This document shows, piece by piece, positions 54,653 to 64,000 of a stretch of DNA of 64,000 nucleotides (within the stretch, counting starts at the first letter, position 1; each line of letters starts with the position of its first letter). The stretch spans positions 191,378 to 255,377 of the forward strand of contig CAZEEU010000001.1 in NCBI GenBank assembly GCA_964511305.1. The letters run 5' to 3'. Source of the stretch: an uncultured Gammaproteobacteria bacterium. GTDB lineage: Bacteria > Patescibacteriota > Microgenomatia > Levybacterales > GWA1-39-11. Position numbers and translations under genes: made by a program. The notes under the pieces are model-generated. The model saw only the letters and a list, made by a program, of their open reading frames with translations. It ran no database searches and was not told the origin of the DNA.

Positions 54653-55155
54653 TTGTGGATATTATTATTAATCTCATTCTCCTAATTTTTTTAGGATATA
54701 TTATTTATCTCCTATCCTATTCCATGTTCTTCGGCGCTCCATTTGCTGCGCTTTCAGCAAATCGAATTGCAACAATGTTCCAACTTCTACAACCTGTAAA
54801 GAAAAAGAATTTTCTGGACATTGGATCTGGTGACGGACGAATTGTAATTGCGGCTGCACGACAAGGCTTGAAATCATATGGCTATGAAATCAATCCACTG
54901 CTAGTTCTTATATCCCGCATCAAAATCAAAAAAGCTCATGTTTCCGGAACTATTCTTTTAAAGGATTACTGGAAAGAAGATTTTTCTAAATTCGATTACA
55001 TAACTGTCTGGGGCGTACCACCAATGATGGAGCGACTTGAGAAAAAATTGCTCAAAGAATTGAAACCTGGCGCAAAAGTTGCCAGTAATCATTTAAAATT
55101 TAAAAATTGGAAAGTCACAAAAAAGAAAAATGATGTCTATCTATATATTAGGTAA
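54640..55155 (+). CDS. small class I SAM-dependent methyltransferase with N-terminal TM
   Basis: Motif I FLDIGSGDGRIVIAAA. Confidence 0.65.
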   Translation: MQRIIVDIIINLILLIFLGYIIYLLSYSMFFGAPFAALSANRIATMFQLLQPVKKKNFLDIGSGDGRIVIAAARQGLKSYGYEINPLLVLISRIKIKKAHVSGTILLKDYWKEDFSKFDYITVWGVPPMMERLEKKLLKELKPGAKVASNHLKFKNWKVTKKKNDVYLYIR

Positions 55156-56466
55156 ATGAAATTTAAACTATTAATTGCAACAATTATTCTACTAGGCCTT
55201 TTTTTAAGATTTCATAACTACACACAGTATCCTCCACGTGGTGCATCATCTGATGAATATACCTATTCTTTCTTGGGCTTAAGTTTGCTTACAACTGGTG
55301 TGCCTACTTCTTGGTCATATTTTCCGTCTTACCCAGGCCTTGGTCATAGATACGATATAAAAATTGACCATATTTATTTTCCGATTGTATCCCCCTACTT
55401 CGATCATCCCCCACTCAACGGACTTTTGGTCGGTGGGTGGGCACTTATTAACGGCGAAAATACCTTTCAAAAGATCACAATTGGAACAATACGCCAGGTG
55501 CCGATTGCTCTCTGGGTTATCTCCTCCATTCTTTTGTATTTTATAGGGAGAGCATTGTACGACAAAAAAACTGTCGCGTGGGGGCTTTTAATTTATTCTG
55601 TCGCTACTCTTTTTGTCATGGAGACAAGAACAGTATTTGCAGAGAATTTACTTACTCCTCTTCTATTGGGAGCTCTTTTAATATTTCTGACATACAGAAA
55701 GAGAATTAACATACTTCATATTATTATCTTAGCTATCATTTCAGGACTTTCTTTTTGGGCAAAAGAATTAGGAGTAACAGTGGGTGCTTCAATCTTCCTA
55801 CTCATGCTACTTGAAAAGGTCAAGGTAAAATTTATTGTTATATTTTCAATTATTACAATCGTTATTGTCTCTACATATGCACTGTACGGATATCTTTATA
55901 ATTGGCCACTATTCTTAGCGATACTTTCAGAACAAAGCTTTAGAGAGCTGGGACCAAATGTTCTTAATACTCTTCTTTTTAATCCTATTATTGTAAATAA
56001 AGTTTATTTTGATGGATGGTATCTTTTAGGATTTATTAGTATTTTTACTGCGCTTTATGAATTCAAAAAACATCAATACATTTTAATTCCCGCCTTTACA
56101 TATTTTTTCCTTATGATGTTCTCGCTTACCCAACATGGGGAAATGGGTTGGTACGTTATCCCACTGTTCCCATTCTTTTCTTTGCTTACAGCACATCTAC
56201 TTTCAGAAAGTATTAAAAAGGGAGGACTTTACATAGCAACTTGTGCTGTTTTTGTGGGGCTTTTTATTATTCGCTATTACTATGAGGCAAAATTTGGATT
56301 GCCTACAATAGCCTTTAGACTAATGCTACTCGGAATTTTTGGCCCAATGATAGTATTCTACCTACTTAAGAAGGACTTTATGTTGAAGATTTTTTCAAAT
56401 GCTCTTTTCTATATATTTATTGCTATGACAATATATATAACCTATTACTACATCCATCCTCTCTAG
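55156..56466 (+). CDS. GT-C fold membrane glycosyltransferase (ArnT/PMT, GT39/83-like)
   Basis: About 12 TM helices with the first-loop DE motif (PPRGASSDEYTYSFLG). Confidence 0.6.
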   Translation: MKFKLLIATIILLGLFLRFHNYTQYPPRGASSDEYTYSFLGLSLLTTGVPTSWSYFPSYPGLGHRYDIKIDHIYFPIVSPYFDHPPLNGLLVGGWALINGENTFQKITIGTIRQVPIALWVISSILLYFIGRALYDKKTVAWGLLIYSVATLFVMETRTVFAENLLTPLLLGALLIFLTYRKRINILHIIILAIISGLSFWAKELGVTVGASIFLLMLLEKVKVKFIVIFSIITIVIVSTYALYGYLYNWPLFLAILSEQSFRELGPNVLNTLLFNPIIVNKVYFDGWYLLGFISIFTALYEFKKHQYILIPAFTYFFLMMFSLTQHGEMGWYVIPLFPFFSLLTAHLLSESIKKGGLYIATCAVFVGLFIIRYYYEAKFGLPTIAFRLMLLGIFGPMIVFYLLKKDFMLKIFSNALFYIFIAMTIYITYYYIHPL

Positions 56467-57662
56467 AACAAATGTTCCTTATGTGCACTTTGCTTAACAC
56501 CGAAAGACAACACAAAACATACGAGTATTACAAATGCACTAATAAGAAAAGGTAATGGAAGATATACAGTTGCTAATACTCCTGCAATTATTGGACCCAG
56601 AATATTTCCCAAACTAATATATGATGCGTTAATTCCCTGAATTGAGCCTTGAGATTTTTCATCTGTTTCTTTTGACAGTAGGGTTTGGATAAGTGGATTA
56701 ATAAAGGAATTAGCAAGCCCTGACAATACAATTATTGCCAAGAAAACATTTATGCTTGTAGTAAAGAAAATAAGTAGATATGAGAGAGCAGAAATGCTAA
56801 GTGCAATAGAAAATGCCTTTTTCTCCCCAAAAAGTCTTACCGCTCGTTGAAGAATAAATAATTGCGTTACGAGTCCGATTACACCAAAAAGCGTGAACAA
56901 TAATGCAATCTGGTTAGGACTCATATGAAGTACTTTTACGGAGAATGGCTGAAATGCGAATATGAACATTCCTAATGCTATGCTGTATATTAATGAAATT
57001 CGAAGTGTTAGTCCTACATTTGGATCAATAACTGCTTTTGCCATCTTCGAAAAATCAAAAATCTTTCCATGAGTAATTTGCCCCATGTGCTTATTTGTCT
57101 CGGGGAGAAAAAAGTAAGTGATAAATACGGCAAGCAGTGATATTCCTGCAGCGATTAAAAATGGTACATGCAATCCAAATCCTACAGTTGCAGCAGATAT
57201 TGCAGGGCCAAAAAAGAATCCGAATCCAAAGGCGGCCCCAATAATTCCAAATCCCTTTGCTCTATCTTTTGGAGGCGTAGTATCAGAAATAACAGCACTT
57301 GCTACTGGGATATTCCCCGCGGTAATACCATCAAGAGCACGTGCTAAGAACAAGAATAAGGCACTTGGAGCAAATGCTGCCATCACAAATGAAAGCGTTG
57401 TCCCAGCAATAGATGCAACAAGCAATGGCTTTCTTCCATACTTATCTGAAAGTCTTCCAATAAAAGGCGCAGAAATAAATGAACATAAAGAAAAAAGAGC
57501 AAACAATAGACCATTCTGAAAATCTGAAAGTCCAAATTTCTGAGAATATGAATAAAGGATGGGAATAACCATTCCATAACCCAATGCGTTAACGACAGCA
57601 ATTAGTCCAATTATCGTGAGGTTCTTATTTTCTTTTAGTGACTGAATTCGTCTTTTTATCAT
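56463..57662 (-). CDS. MFS transporter
   Basis: Twelve TM helices and the MFS loop 2-3 motif GRLSDKYGRKPLL. Confidence 0.85.
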   Translation of the reverse strand: MIKRRIQSLKENKNLTIIGLIAVVNALGYGMVIPILYSYSQKFGLSDFQNGLLFALFSLCSFISAPFIGRLSDKYGRKPLLVASIAGTTLSFVMAAFAPSALFLFLARALDGITAGNIPVASAVISDTTPPKDRAKGFGIIGAAFGFGFFFGPAISAATVGFGLHVPFLIAAGISLLAVFITYFFLPETNKHMGQITHGKIFDFSKMAKAVIDPNVGLTLRISLIYSIALGMFIFAFQPFSVKVLHMSPNQIALLFTLFGVIGLVTQLFILQRAVRLFGEKKAFSIALSISALSYLLIFFTTSINVFLAIIVLSGLANSFINPLIQTLLSKETDEKSQGSIQGINASYISLGNILGPIIAGVLATVYLPLPFLISAFVILVCFVLSFGVKQSAHKEHLF

Positions 57663-57720
57663 GAATATCCATTATATAGAAAGCTGGCCAACTTTGATAT
57701 AATGAATAAATTCAGGCAGG

Positions 57721-59172
57721 ATGCGGTTCACACGCCATAAGGCATACTTTATTATCCTACTGCCCATTCTTATCTACTTTCATTTTCGTGGCTTAATAGT
57801 TCATGACGAAGGATATGTTCTAAATAGTGCAGATAAGCTATTACGCGGCTTGATACCTTACAAAGATTTTCACTACAGCTATACTCCTCTTAGCATATTT
57901 CTAACGAGTGCTTCATTTATATTATTTGGTTCAAGCATTTTCTCCTCTCGTATCCTCATGCTTCTCTTAAGTCTTATCTCAAGCCTTTTGATTTATTACA
58001 TCGTGAAGATGTCAGCAAAAAAAGACTTGTATGCTTTTCTTGCTGTAATTGCTTATGTTGCTTGGGGTCCCAGTCATATTAATTTTGCCTGGCCTGTCAT
58101 GTTTGTGTTGCCTCTTACTTTATTGTCAATATATTTAACGCTTTTATATGCACGGACAAAACTCGATTTCCTTCCTTTTACCATAGGCTTAGTTTTGTTT
58201 GGAGCGTTTCTTGCAAAACAAAATTTTGGAATAATTTTTCTTCCAATTTTTGTACATTTTCTGACATTCTATAAAAACCAATTTCAAAAGATCTTGCAGC
58301 TTGTTTATGGTTATGTCTGGGGAGTCATACTCTTTATAATTTATCTTTTGGCAACACAATCTTTCGAAGGATTTTTATCAGATTTTTATGCATTCACAAT
58401 AAAAAAAGTCATTATAAATCAAGACATTACAACTTCTATATTATTTATAGATACACCAATTCAAACGCTTTTCAGAGCTGGAATTTATTTTGTTTTGCCT
58501 GTCATTTCCGTACTGTCCATTTGCATATTAATTTACCGTAAGAAATATCAACTAATATTTATACCTACAATTACATTTATTTACTTTGTAGTTGGTATGC
58601 GTCCAACGAGTGATTATGTCCACCTTGTCCCCCTTTTGTCCTTAGTTGGATTACCTTCAGCAATATTGGTTAACAAACTCCCACTTCCTTTTGTAAAAGC
58701 TGCAATATATATAACTCTCGTTGTAATTATTACTGCAGGTTTTCAGACCTCATTATTTAAAGGTTACTATAGATGGGACATTCCACTTTCTGAGAATAAT
58801 TCTTATCTAAAAGGGAAAGCAGGAATATATACCAATAGTAAATTCTTTTCTGAATACAATGAAATAAAATCAGAAGTTGATAACTACTCTTTTGATGGCG
58901 ACTATATTTATTTTGATACATATTCACCACTTCTCTACTTTCTACTCGATCGACCCCAACCAAATCCCTATGACTTCCCAGGCTTTATATCTGACAATGA
59001 ATATCAAGAGTTATCTGTTTATTCCTTAGTAGCAAAAGATGTAAAAGTTGTTTTTCTTACTGAAAGAACACCCAACACGCAAGTTAGAAATTATGTTGAT
59101 AAAAAATACAAATATATTAAGAAGATCGGTGATTATTACCTTTACGTCAAACTTGACATGACTGACTCGTGA
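57721..59172 (+). CDS. GT-C fold membrane glycosyltransferase (ArnT/PMT-like)
   Basis: Polytopic, with first-loop HDEGY (DE motif) after TM1 and a C-terminal soluble domain. Confidence 0.5.
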   Translation: MRFTRHKAYFIILLPILIYFHFRGLIVHDEGYVLNSADKLLRGLIPYKDFHYSYTPLSIFLTSASFILFGSSIFSSRILMLLLSLISSLLIYYIVKMSAKKDLYAFLAVIAYVAWGPSHINFAWPVMFVLPLTLLSIYLTLLYARTKLDFLPFTIGLVLFGAFLAKQNFGIIFLPIFVHFLTFYKNQFQKILQLVYGYVWGVILFIIYLLATQSFEGFLSDFYAFTIKKVIINQDITTSILFIDTPIQTLFRAGIYFVLPVISVLSICILIYRKKYQLIFIPTITFIYFVVGMRPTSDYVHLVPLLSLVGLPSAILVNKLPLPFVKAAIYITLVVIITAGFQTSLFKGYYRWDIPLSENNSYLKGKAGIYTNSKFFSEYNEIKSEVDNYSFDGDYIYFDTYSPLLYFLLDRPQPNPYDFPGFISDNEYQELSVYSLVAKDVKVVFLTERTPNTQVRNYVDKKYKYIKKIGDYYLYVKLDMTDS

Positions 59173-59181
59173 AAGTAATAT

Positions 59182-59511
59182 GTGTGCATGGCAACTATTG
59201 AAGATTTTGCAAAACTGGAATTTAAAGTGATCACAGTTCTTGAAGCAACAAGAATGGAAGGTTCTGATAAACTCTTAAAATTAATAGTTGATTTAGGGGA
59301 TGAGAAAAGACAAATTCTTTCTGGCATTGGAAAAAGCTACAACCCTGAAGACATTATTAACAAACAATTGATTGCGATCACAAATCTAGAACCAAGAATG
59401 ATGATGGGTGAAGAAAGTCAAGGCATGATACTTGCAACGGGAGATGATCTGGAAAATATTACGCTTATTCATCCTGCAAAAGAAGTAGCAGCCGGATCTA
59501 AAATAAGATAG
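59182..59511 (+). CDS. tRNA-binding domain protein (CsaA/Trbp111, EMAP-like OB fold)
   Basis: DFAKLEFKVITVLEA...GSDKLLKLIVDLGDEKRQILSGI...QGMILATGD. Confidence 0.85.
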   Translation: MCMATIEDFAKLEFKVITVLEATRMEGSDKLLKLIVDLGDEKRQILSGIGKSYNPEDIINKQLIAITNLEPRMMMGEESQGMILATGDDLENITLIHPAKEVAAGSKIR

Positions 59512-59513
59512 CT

Positions 59514-59774
59514 ATGGCAAAAACAGACGAAGCACAATTTCAAGTAAATCTTAATCCTGAAAAGGTAAGTATTTTATATACAGACACCGTTTTTATGAAT
59601 GTTAATGACGACGGAGTAACTCTTGATATATGCCAAAAAGTTGGAAATTCAAATCAGCTTCAAGTAGTGTCACGTATTGGAATGAGCCGCGAACATGCAA
59701 ATAAATTTGTAAAAAAGCTTTCTGAAATACTAGCTTTAACCCACGGACACTCGGATACTAGAAATAAGAATTAG
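59514..59774 (+). CDS. DUF3467-like small protein
   Basis: 86-aa ORF whose pattern FQVNLNPEKVSILYTDTVFMNVNDDGVTLDICQ fits DUF3467. Confidence 0.45.
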   Translation: MAKTDEAQFQVNLNPEKVSILYTDTVFMNVNDDGVTLDICQKVGNSNQLQVVSRIGMSREHANKFVKKLSEILALTHGHSDTRNKN

Positions 59775-59881
59775 CTCGCTTTCATAAGCTTCACCAATTC
59801 TTGCCTACGGTAAAAATTAGCTTAACCCCAATCACTTTTTTGCCTGTTTGTTTCGCAAAAAAAAGGATTGCTACACAAAAG

Positions 59882-59943
59882 GTGAAAAAGCTTTCTGAAA
59901 TACTAGCATTAACCCACGGACATTCGGATACTAGAAACAAGAA
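59882..59943. repeat. about 60-bp direct duplicate (4 mismatches) of the 3' end of the DUF3467 gene (59711-59771)
   Basis: Read directly. It encodes the same KKLSEILALTHGHSDTRNKN tail in the spurious ORF 59801..59986. Confidence 0.8.
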
Positions 59944-59974
59944 TAATCGATTAACTGAATTGACTAATTTAAGA

Positions 59975-60394
59975 TTAAACGAATAGAGATAGAATACGAG
60001 GCACTAGAACTATAGCCCCCACAATTACAGCAAAAATGGCAGATAGAAGTACTGCAGCTGCTGCAATATCTTTTGCAATACGAGCCTCTTTACTATGTTC
60101 TATCTTTATCAAATTTGTCATTTCCTCGATTGCCGTATTTAACATTTCGCAAATAACAACAAAAAATATCGCAAAGATCACAAATAGAAGTTCTACCGTG
60201 GTAATTTTTAGAAGAAGACTTATTGCTAATACTAGTGTACCTACAATTAAATGAAGTCTTACATTTTGGTCAACAGTTACCGAGAGCTTAAGTCCATCAA
60301 AAGCATATCCAAATGATCGAATAAATTTTGCAAGATTCATTGTACGAATAATTGTACTACAAAAACTCCAACTACAGTCAGCACTATTCCGCAT
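59975..60394 (-). CDS. dgkA: diacylglycerol/undecaprenol kinase (DgkA family)
   Basis: Three TM helices and the signature VICEMLNTAIEEMTNLI. The likely start is the internal Met (MNLAKF), which removes the overlap with the upstream gene. Confidence 0.85.
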   Translation of the reverse strand: MRNSADCSWSFCSTIIRTMNLAKFIRSFGYAFDGLKLSVTVDQNVRLHLIVGTLVLAISLLLKITTVELLFVIFAIFFVVICEMLNTAIEEMTNLIKIEHSKEARIAKDIAAAAVLLSAIFAVIVGAIVLVPRILSLFV

Positions 60395-60918
60395 GTCGCA
60401 CCGACAACAGTTTCTGAAAGAGTGTGGCGTTTTTGTGCTATCCTAGCCCAGGCAGAGATGGGTATTAAGAGTATTAAAAAATACGCAATTCCTCCATACA
60501 ACAACACTATTCCTGTAACCATAGCGGCAACTGAGGCCACATGGATACTTGCCTTTATCTTCCTATTGATTAAGTCCAAAAGTACTAGCGCAATTGTAAA
60601 AAGAATGCTTGCACCAACAAGTGCTTCGGGACCATTTTGTGAATGAATATAGAATGCAAATATTATGATAACTGCAACCGCGAACGGATACAGAATTACC
60701 CTTTGTTTTCGATTCGAAACATCAAGGTTGTTGAAGAATTTTTTCTTTACTCCAAATAAGACAAATAAAGATATAATCCCTGAGAAAATCAGTGAAATTA
60801 TTGTCCAGTAAAAAGCGTTACCAACATCATTTGTAGAACTTAATACAATCAAAAAGACTCCTGGAATAGCAAGAAGTATGGGATGAAGTAGAACTCCTAA
60901 TATCTTGGGCAGATTCAT
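60337..60918 (-). CDS. PAP2-superfamily membrane phosphatase (PgpB/UppP-like)
   Basis: PAP2 motifs KIKASIHV (K...SxH) and ARIAQKRHTLSE (SRxxxxxHxxxD/E). The ATG at 60918 sits 2 nt after the gltX stop, consistent with translational coupling. Confidence 0.6.
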   Translation of the reverse strand: MNLPKILGVLLHPILLAIPGVFLIVLSSTNDVGNAFYWTIISLIFSGIISLFVLFGVKKKFFNNLDVSNRKQRVILYPFAVAVIIIFAFYIHSQNGPEALVGASILFTIALVLLDLINRKIKASIHVASVAAMVTGIVLLYGGIAYFLILLIPISAWARIAQKRHTLSETVVGATCGIVLTVVGVFVVQLFVQ

Positions 60919-60919
60919 A

Positions 60920-62134
60920 TTATTTAAGCCATGCAATGGTTTTATCACGTCCAAGTATTTCAAATACTTCACCTAAAGGCAATCCACTTTTCTGACCAGT
61001 TAGATCTTGGTATATCTGTGGGAATTTAATGTTTCCATTCTGCATGAATTCAACTGTACGAGCTATTATTGTCTCGCTATTCCATTGATCTTGTGGAATA
61101 AGGCCTAAAACTGAAGCGTATTCCTTTAATAAATCTGTTTTATTCTCAATGGGTTGAAAAAACGGAACCACCATTGGCTTAAAATCTGCAAGGGTCTTTA
61201 TTCTTGTTTGGGCACTTCTTACAAACTTAACAAAATCATCATCACTCATACCATCCTTGGATGAAGGGTCGAATTCAATAAGTCTTTTTCCCAAATCCTC
61301 AGCGCTCATTTGCCTCAAATATTCTCCATTCATCCATAAAAGCTTTCGCTCGTCAAAAATTGAAGGAGAAGAGTTAACCTTTCCCAGAGTAAAACTCTGA
61401 GATATCTCTTCTTTTGACAAAACCTCACGATCATCTTTTGGTGACCATCCCAACAGCATCAAATAATTGAGAAGCGCTTCAGACAAAAATCCTTCTTTTT
61501 TAAAGTCTAATACGCCCTTGGCTCCTCTTCTTTTTGAAAGTTTCTTACCATCAGTACCCATAACATTAGGCACATGTGCAAATATTGGCGCTTCCCATCC
61601 GAATGCTTTATATAACAGCAAATGCTTTGGGGTTGAAGGTATCCAGTCTTCACCTCGAATTACATGAGTTATACCCATTAAATGATCGTCAACGACGTTT
61701 GCTAAGTGATACGTTGGATATCCGTCTGCTTTTAGAATAATGAAGTCTTCTACATTTGATAACTCATAAGAAATCTCTTTATTTCCTATAGCATCTATCC
61801 ATGAGATGCTCCCTTCTTTATTTACTATAAAACGAATGGCACCTTCTTCTTCTCGCGCTATTCCTTTTTCAACTAATTCCTTTGCGTATTTTCTATATTC
61901 TTCTAGCCGCTCTGATTGAACTACAAAAGAATCCCACTGCGCACCAAGCCAGACAAGCCCTTCTTTTATTATTTCCTCAGCACCTTCAACTTTACGAGCC
62001 TGATCAGTATCCTCAAGTCTTAAAATGAATTCCCCATGTGTTGATTTTGCTAAAAAGTAGTCAAAAAGGGCTGTTCTTATATTTCCGACGTGAGGAATTC
62101 CTGTAGGACTTGGGGCGAATCTAACCTTTACCAT
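60920..62134 (-). CDS. gltX: glutamate--tRNA ligase, bacterial type, short (404 aa)
   Basis: Class I HIGH as PTGIPHVGNIRTA, LEDTD, and KMSKS as KLSKR. The length implies a reduced anticodon-binding C-terminus. Confidence 0.85.
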   Translation of the reverse strand: MVKVRFAPSPTGIPHVGNIRTALFDYFLAKSTHGEFILRLEDTDQARKVEGAEEIIKEGLVWLGAQWDSFVVQSERLEEYRKYAKELVEKGIAREEEGAIRFIVNKEGSISWIDAIGNKEISYELSNVEDFIILKADGYPTYHLANVVDDHLMGITHVIRGEDWIPSTPKHLLLYKAFGWEAPIFAHVPNVMGTDGKKLSKRRGAKGVLDFKKEGFLSEALLNYLMLLGWSPKDDREVLSKEEISQSFTLGKVNSSPSIFDERKLLWMNGEYLRQMSAEDLGKRLIEFDPSSKDGMSDDDFVKFVRSAQTRIKTLADFKPMVVPFFQPIENKTDLLKEYASVLGLIPQDQWNSETIIARTVEFMQNGNIKFPQIYQDLTGQKSGLPLGEVFEILGRDKTIAWLK

Positions 62135-62170
62135 ATTTGCATTTTAATCTAATCTTCTCCTATACTCAAT

Positions 62171-63241
62171 ATGAGCACAAATAATATGGCAAGTCTAGTG
62201 TTAATAACTCGAGAAGGTAGACTTCTTCTAAAAATAGGGGGGATTTTCTTTGGAATACTTTTTATTATATTTCTTTTTGTACAAGGGGGTACGATGATTC
62301 GAGATGTTTTCTTCCCGAAGCCACCACCCGCGGCAGAGCAAGCCTTTGGAGAACTACCCCATCCAAAATTCCCAGATCAGACTCCTGAAATTATTGAGTA
62401 TAAACTAAATACAGTTGACGGGTTACTCCCAACACTTGTTAAGAATTCGAGAATAAATATCTATAAGCTCAAGCAAAATCACCCGAATCTTCTCGCGCTT
62501 CAAGATGCCAAAAACACTCTTGATTCTGGGAATTTTGTAGAAAACCAAATTAAAATCTCAGACACATTATATCGCTTTACCCAATCAAGAACCGGAGTTA
62601 TTATTGAATACGACATAGTTTCAAAAAACTTTTCTATCACTTCTAATTATTTTGGTAATCCTTCTCTTGTTGCAACTGGACTACTTCCGTCGGAAGAGTC
62701 AATTATCTCAGATACACAATCTTTCCTTCACACTATTGACGCAAATACAGAAAATATTGATTTTGACAAGTCGAAAGTTGAATATTTGGAAGAGAAAAAT
62801 GGAGCTCTTGTTATTGCCCAAAATCTTGGTACAGCACGCTACGCGAGGATAACCCTTTATCAAAAACCGATTGATGAAATTTCAACAGTCTATGGTGTGC
62901 AAGACGGTTCAATCCTTAACTTCCTTGTCTCCTACCCATCATTAAGCTTTCAGGTGCTTGAGGGGATCTTCTTTAATGCTGAGGCTAATTTAGAAGAAAA
63001 AAGCGATTATTATGTAAAATCTACAACGGAAGCCTTTGAAGATCTCAAGGCCGGAAAGGCATATCTTATAAATCCAAATAAGCTGACTTCGGTTGATATA
63101 ACAAATGTTGAAATTAAGTATTACCTGACGAAAGAGAGTGAGGACTTTTTACTACCAATCTACGTATTCACGGGCTCAAACTTTACTGCGTATGTGGATG
63201 CTCTTGCCGAGGCACCGCAAAGTTCACCTTCTCAACAATAA
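62171..63241 (+). CDS. hypothetical membrane-anchored protein
   Basis: One N-terminal TM, then a 320-aa soluble region with no motif recognised. Confidence 0.45.
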   Translation: MSTNNMASLVLITREGRLLLKIGGIFFGILFIIFLFVQGGTMIRDVFFPKPPPAAEQAFGELPHPKFPDQTPEIIEYKLNTVDGLLPTLVKNSRINIYKLKQNHPNLLALQDAKNTLDSGNFVENQIKISDTLYRFTQSRTGVIIEYDIVSKNFSITSNYFGNPSLVATGLLPSEESIISDTQSFLHTIDANTENIDFDKSKVEYLEEKNGALVIAQNLGTARYARITLYQKPIDEISTVYGVQDGSILNFLVSYPSLSFQVLEGIFFNAEANLEEKSDYYVKSTTEAFEDLKAGKAYLINPNKLTSVDITNVEIKYYLTKESEDFLLPIYVFTGSNFTAYVDALAEAPQSSPSQQ

Positions 63242-64000
63242 AACTCATTAAGTCCCTTGTATCATAAAATCTATCCTGACTCTTAAGAACCGATACGACA
63301 AAAGTGGAATCTCCCTTTTTAATCGCAGTTAGAAGAACTCCACCTGCCTCATTTGTAAATCCGGTCTTAATACCCAAAACATTGTCATACGCGAGTAACT
63401 CATTAAGATTCTTAAGATAAAATGCGTGTGTATTTGCGCGATTATTAACTTCTATACTTTTGGTTTTGACTATCTCTCTAAAAATATCCCGATCCATCGC
63501 ATAAGCCCCGAGTCGCGCTAGCTCTTCTCCTGTTGTATAGTTGCCGTCTTCGTACCCAGCAGGATCAAGAAAATATGTATTAAAAAGGCCAATCTCTTTT
63601 GCCTTTCTATTCATGTCCGCAACAAAATCTGCTATTCCATTTTTATAATAATAAGAAAGCGTATAGGCTGCATCATTACCGGATGGCAACATGAGTCCGT
63701 ATAGTAAATTTCTAACACTTACTTGCTCACCGGGGGCTAAATGCATTTTTGATCCTTCAACAGAATATATATTTGAAGGCACAGTAAGATAGGAATCGAG
63801 ATTGTAATAATCAAGAACTAAAATAGCGCTCATTACCTTGGCAGTAGACGCTGGAGAAAATCTAAGATTTTTATTCTTACTCGCAACGACAGTTCTTGTT
63901 GTCATATCATAAACAACATACGCGGATGCAGAAGCATTTATACTATCCAAATCCTTCGGTAGTGGCACTGAACTCACCTTTAGATATTCACTAGATGAAG
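63183..64000 (-). CDS. dacA: D-alanyl-D-alanine carboxypeptidase (S11, PBP5-like), 5' end outside window
   Basis: SxxK as SPASTAK, SGN as LPSGND, and KTG. The frame stays open upstream past 64000, so the ORF-track start is a GTG chosen inside the window. Confidence 0.8.
   Translation of the reverse strand, partial: SSSEYLKVSSVPLPKDLDSINASASAYVVYDMTTRTVVASKNKNLRFSPASTAKVMSAILVLDYYNLDSYLTVPSNIYSVEGSKMHLAPGEQVSVRNLLYGLMLPSGNDAAYTLSYYYKNGIADFVADMNRKAKEIGLFNTYFLDPAGYEDGNYTTGEELARLGAYAMDRDIFREIVKTKSIEVNNRANTHAFYLKNLNELLAYDNVLGIKTGFTNEAGGVLLTAIKKGDSTFVVSVLKSQDRFYDTRDLMSFIVEKVNFAVPRQEHPHTQ

Noticed and set aside
1-64000. Archaeal (DPANN) origin of the contig, suggested by the archaeal-type PPAT-DUF359 gene
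   Set aside because: LonA with the LON N-domain, peptide deformylase, an OmpR/HK pair, PBP5-like DacA, an SLT transglycosylase, a bacterial prepilin motif and tRNA-Gln U1-A72 are all bacterial hallmarks. The archaeal-like gene is more likely a lateral acquisition.

Overview
Low-GC (~35-37%) bacterial window, about 90% coding, with roughly 80 protein genes and two tRNAs, one per strand. The gene content is diagnostic of a bacterium: LonA protease, peptide deformylase, an OmpR/histidine-kinase pair, a PBP5-type D,D-carboxypeptidase, an SLT lytic transglycosylase and a type-IV prepilin leader. The many small membrane proteins, a giant pilin-leader surface protein with Pro/Thr linkers, an archaeal-type CoA module and the sparse metabolism resemble a CPR/Patescibacteria-like genome; this is inference, not proof. 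Housekeeping and metabolic calls are ppsA, lon, def, gltX, msrB, dgkA, a GH1 beta-glucosidase, maf, an M28 peptidase, GT2 and GT-C glycosyltransferases, a ChrA pair, MFS and EamA transporters, UspA and Crp. Four things are worth a second look. (1) A same-strand cluster at 41801->35397 holds a response regulator, a sensor kinase, a 66-bp tandem repeat carrying a 9-bp palindrome, a fused QW/DxDDT toroid plus isoprenoid-synthase-like protein and a large membrane protein. I read this as a candidate regulated terpenoid or envelope-lipid system. (2) A tRNA-Gln gene is followed by two tandem tRNA-Gln-derived copies that each carry three hairpin insertions and can no longer form an acceptor stem. (3) A tRNA-Glu gene sits next to a GIY-YIG gene bracketed by nested direct repeats that include copies of the tRNA 3' end. 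(4) An archaeal-type PPAT-DUF359 fusion lies beside a degenerate STAND-like NTPase fused to an OmpR-type winged helix. Several short genes missing from the 60-aa ORF track are also called (a 52-aa CxC protein and an Excalibur-domain protein). All functional calls rest on motif recognition by eye; no database search was possible.
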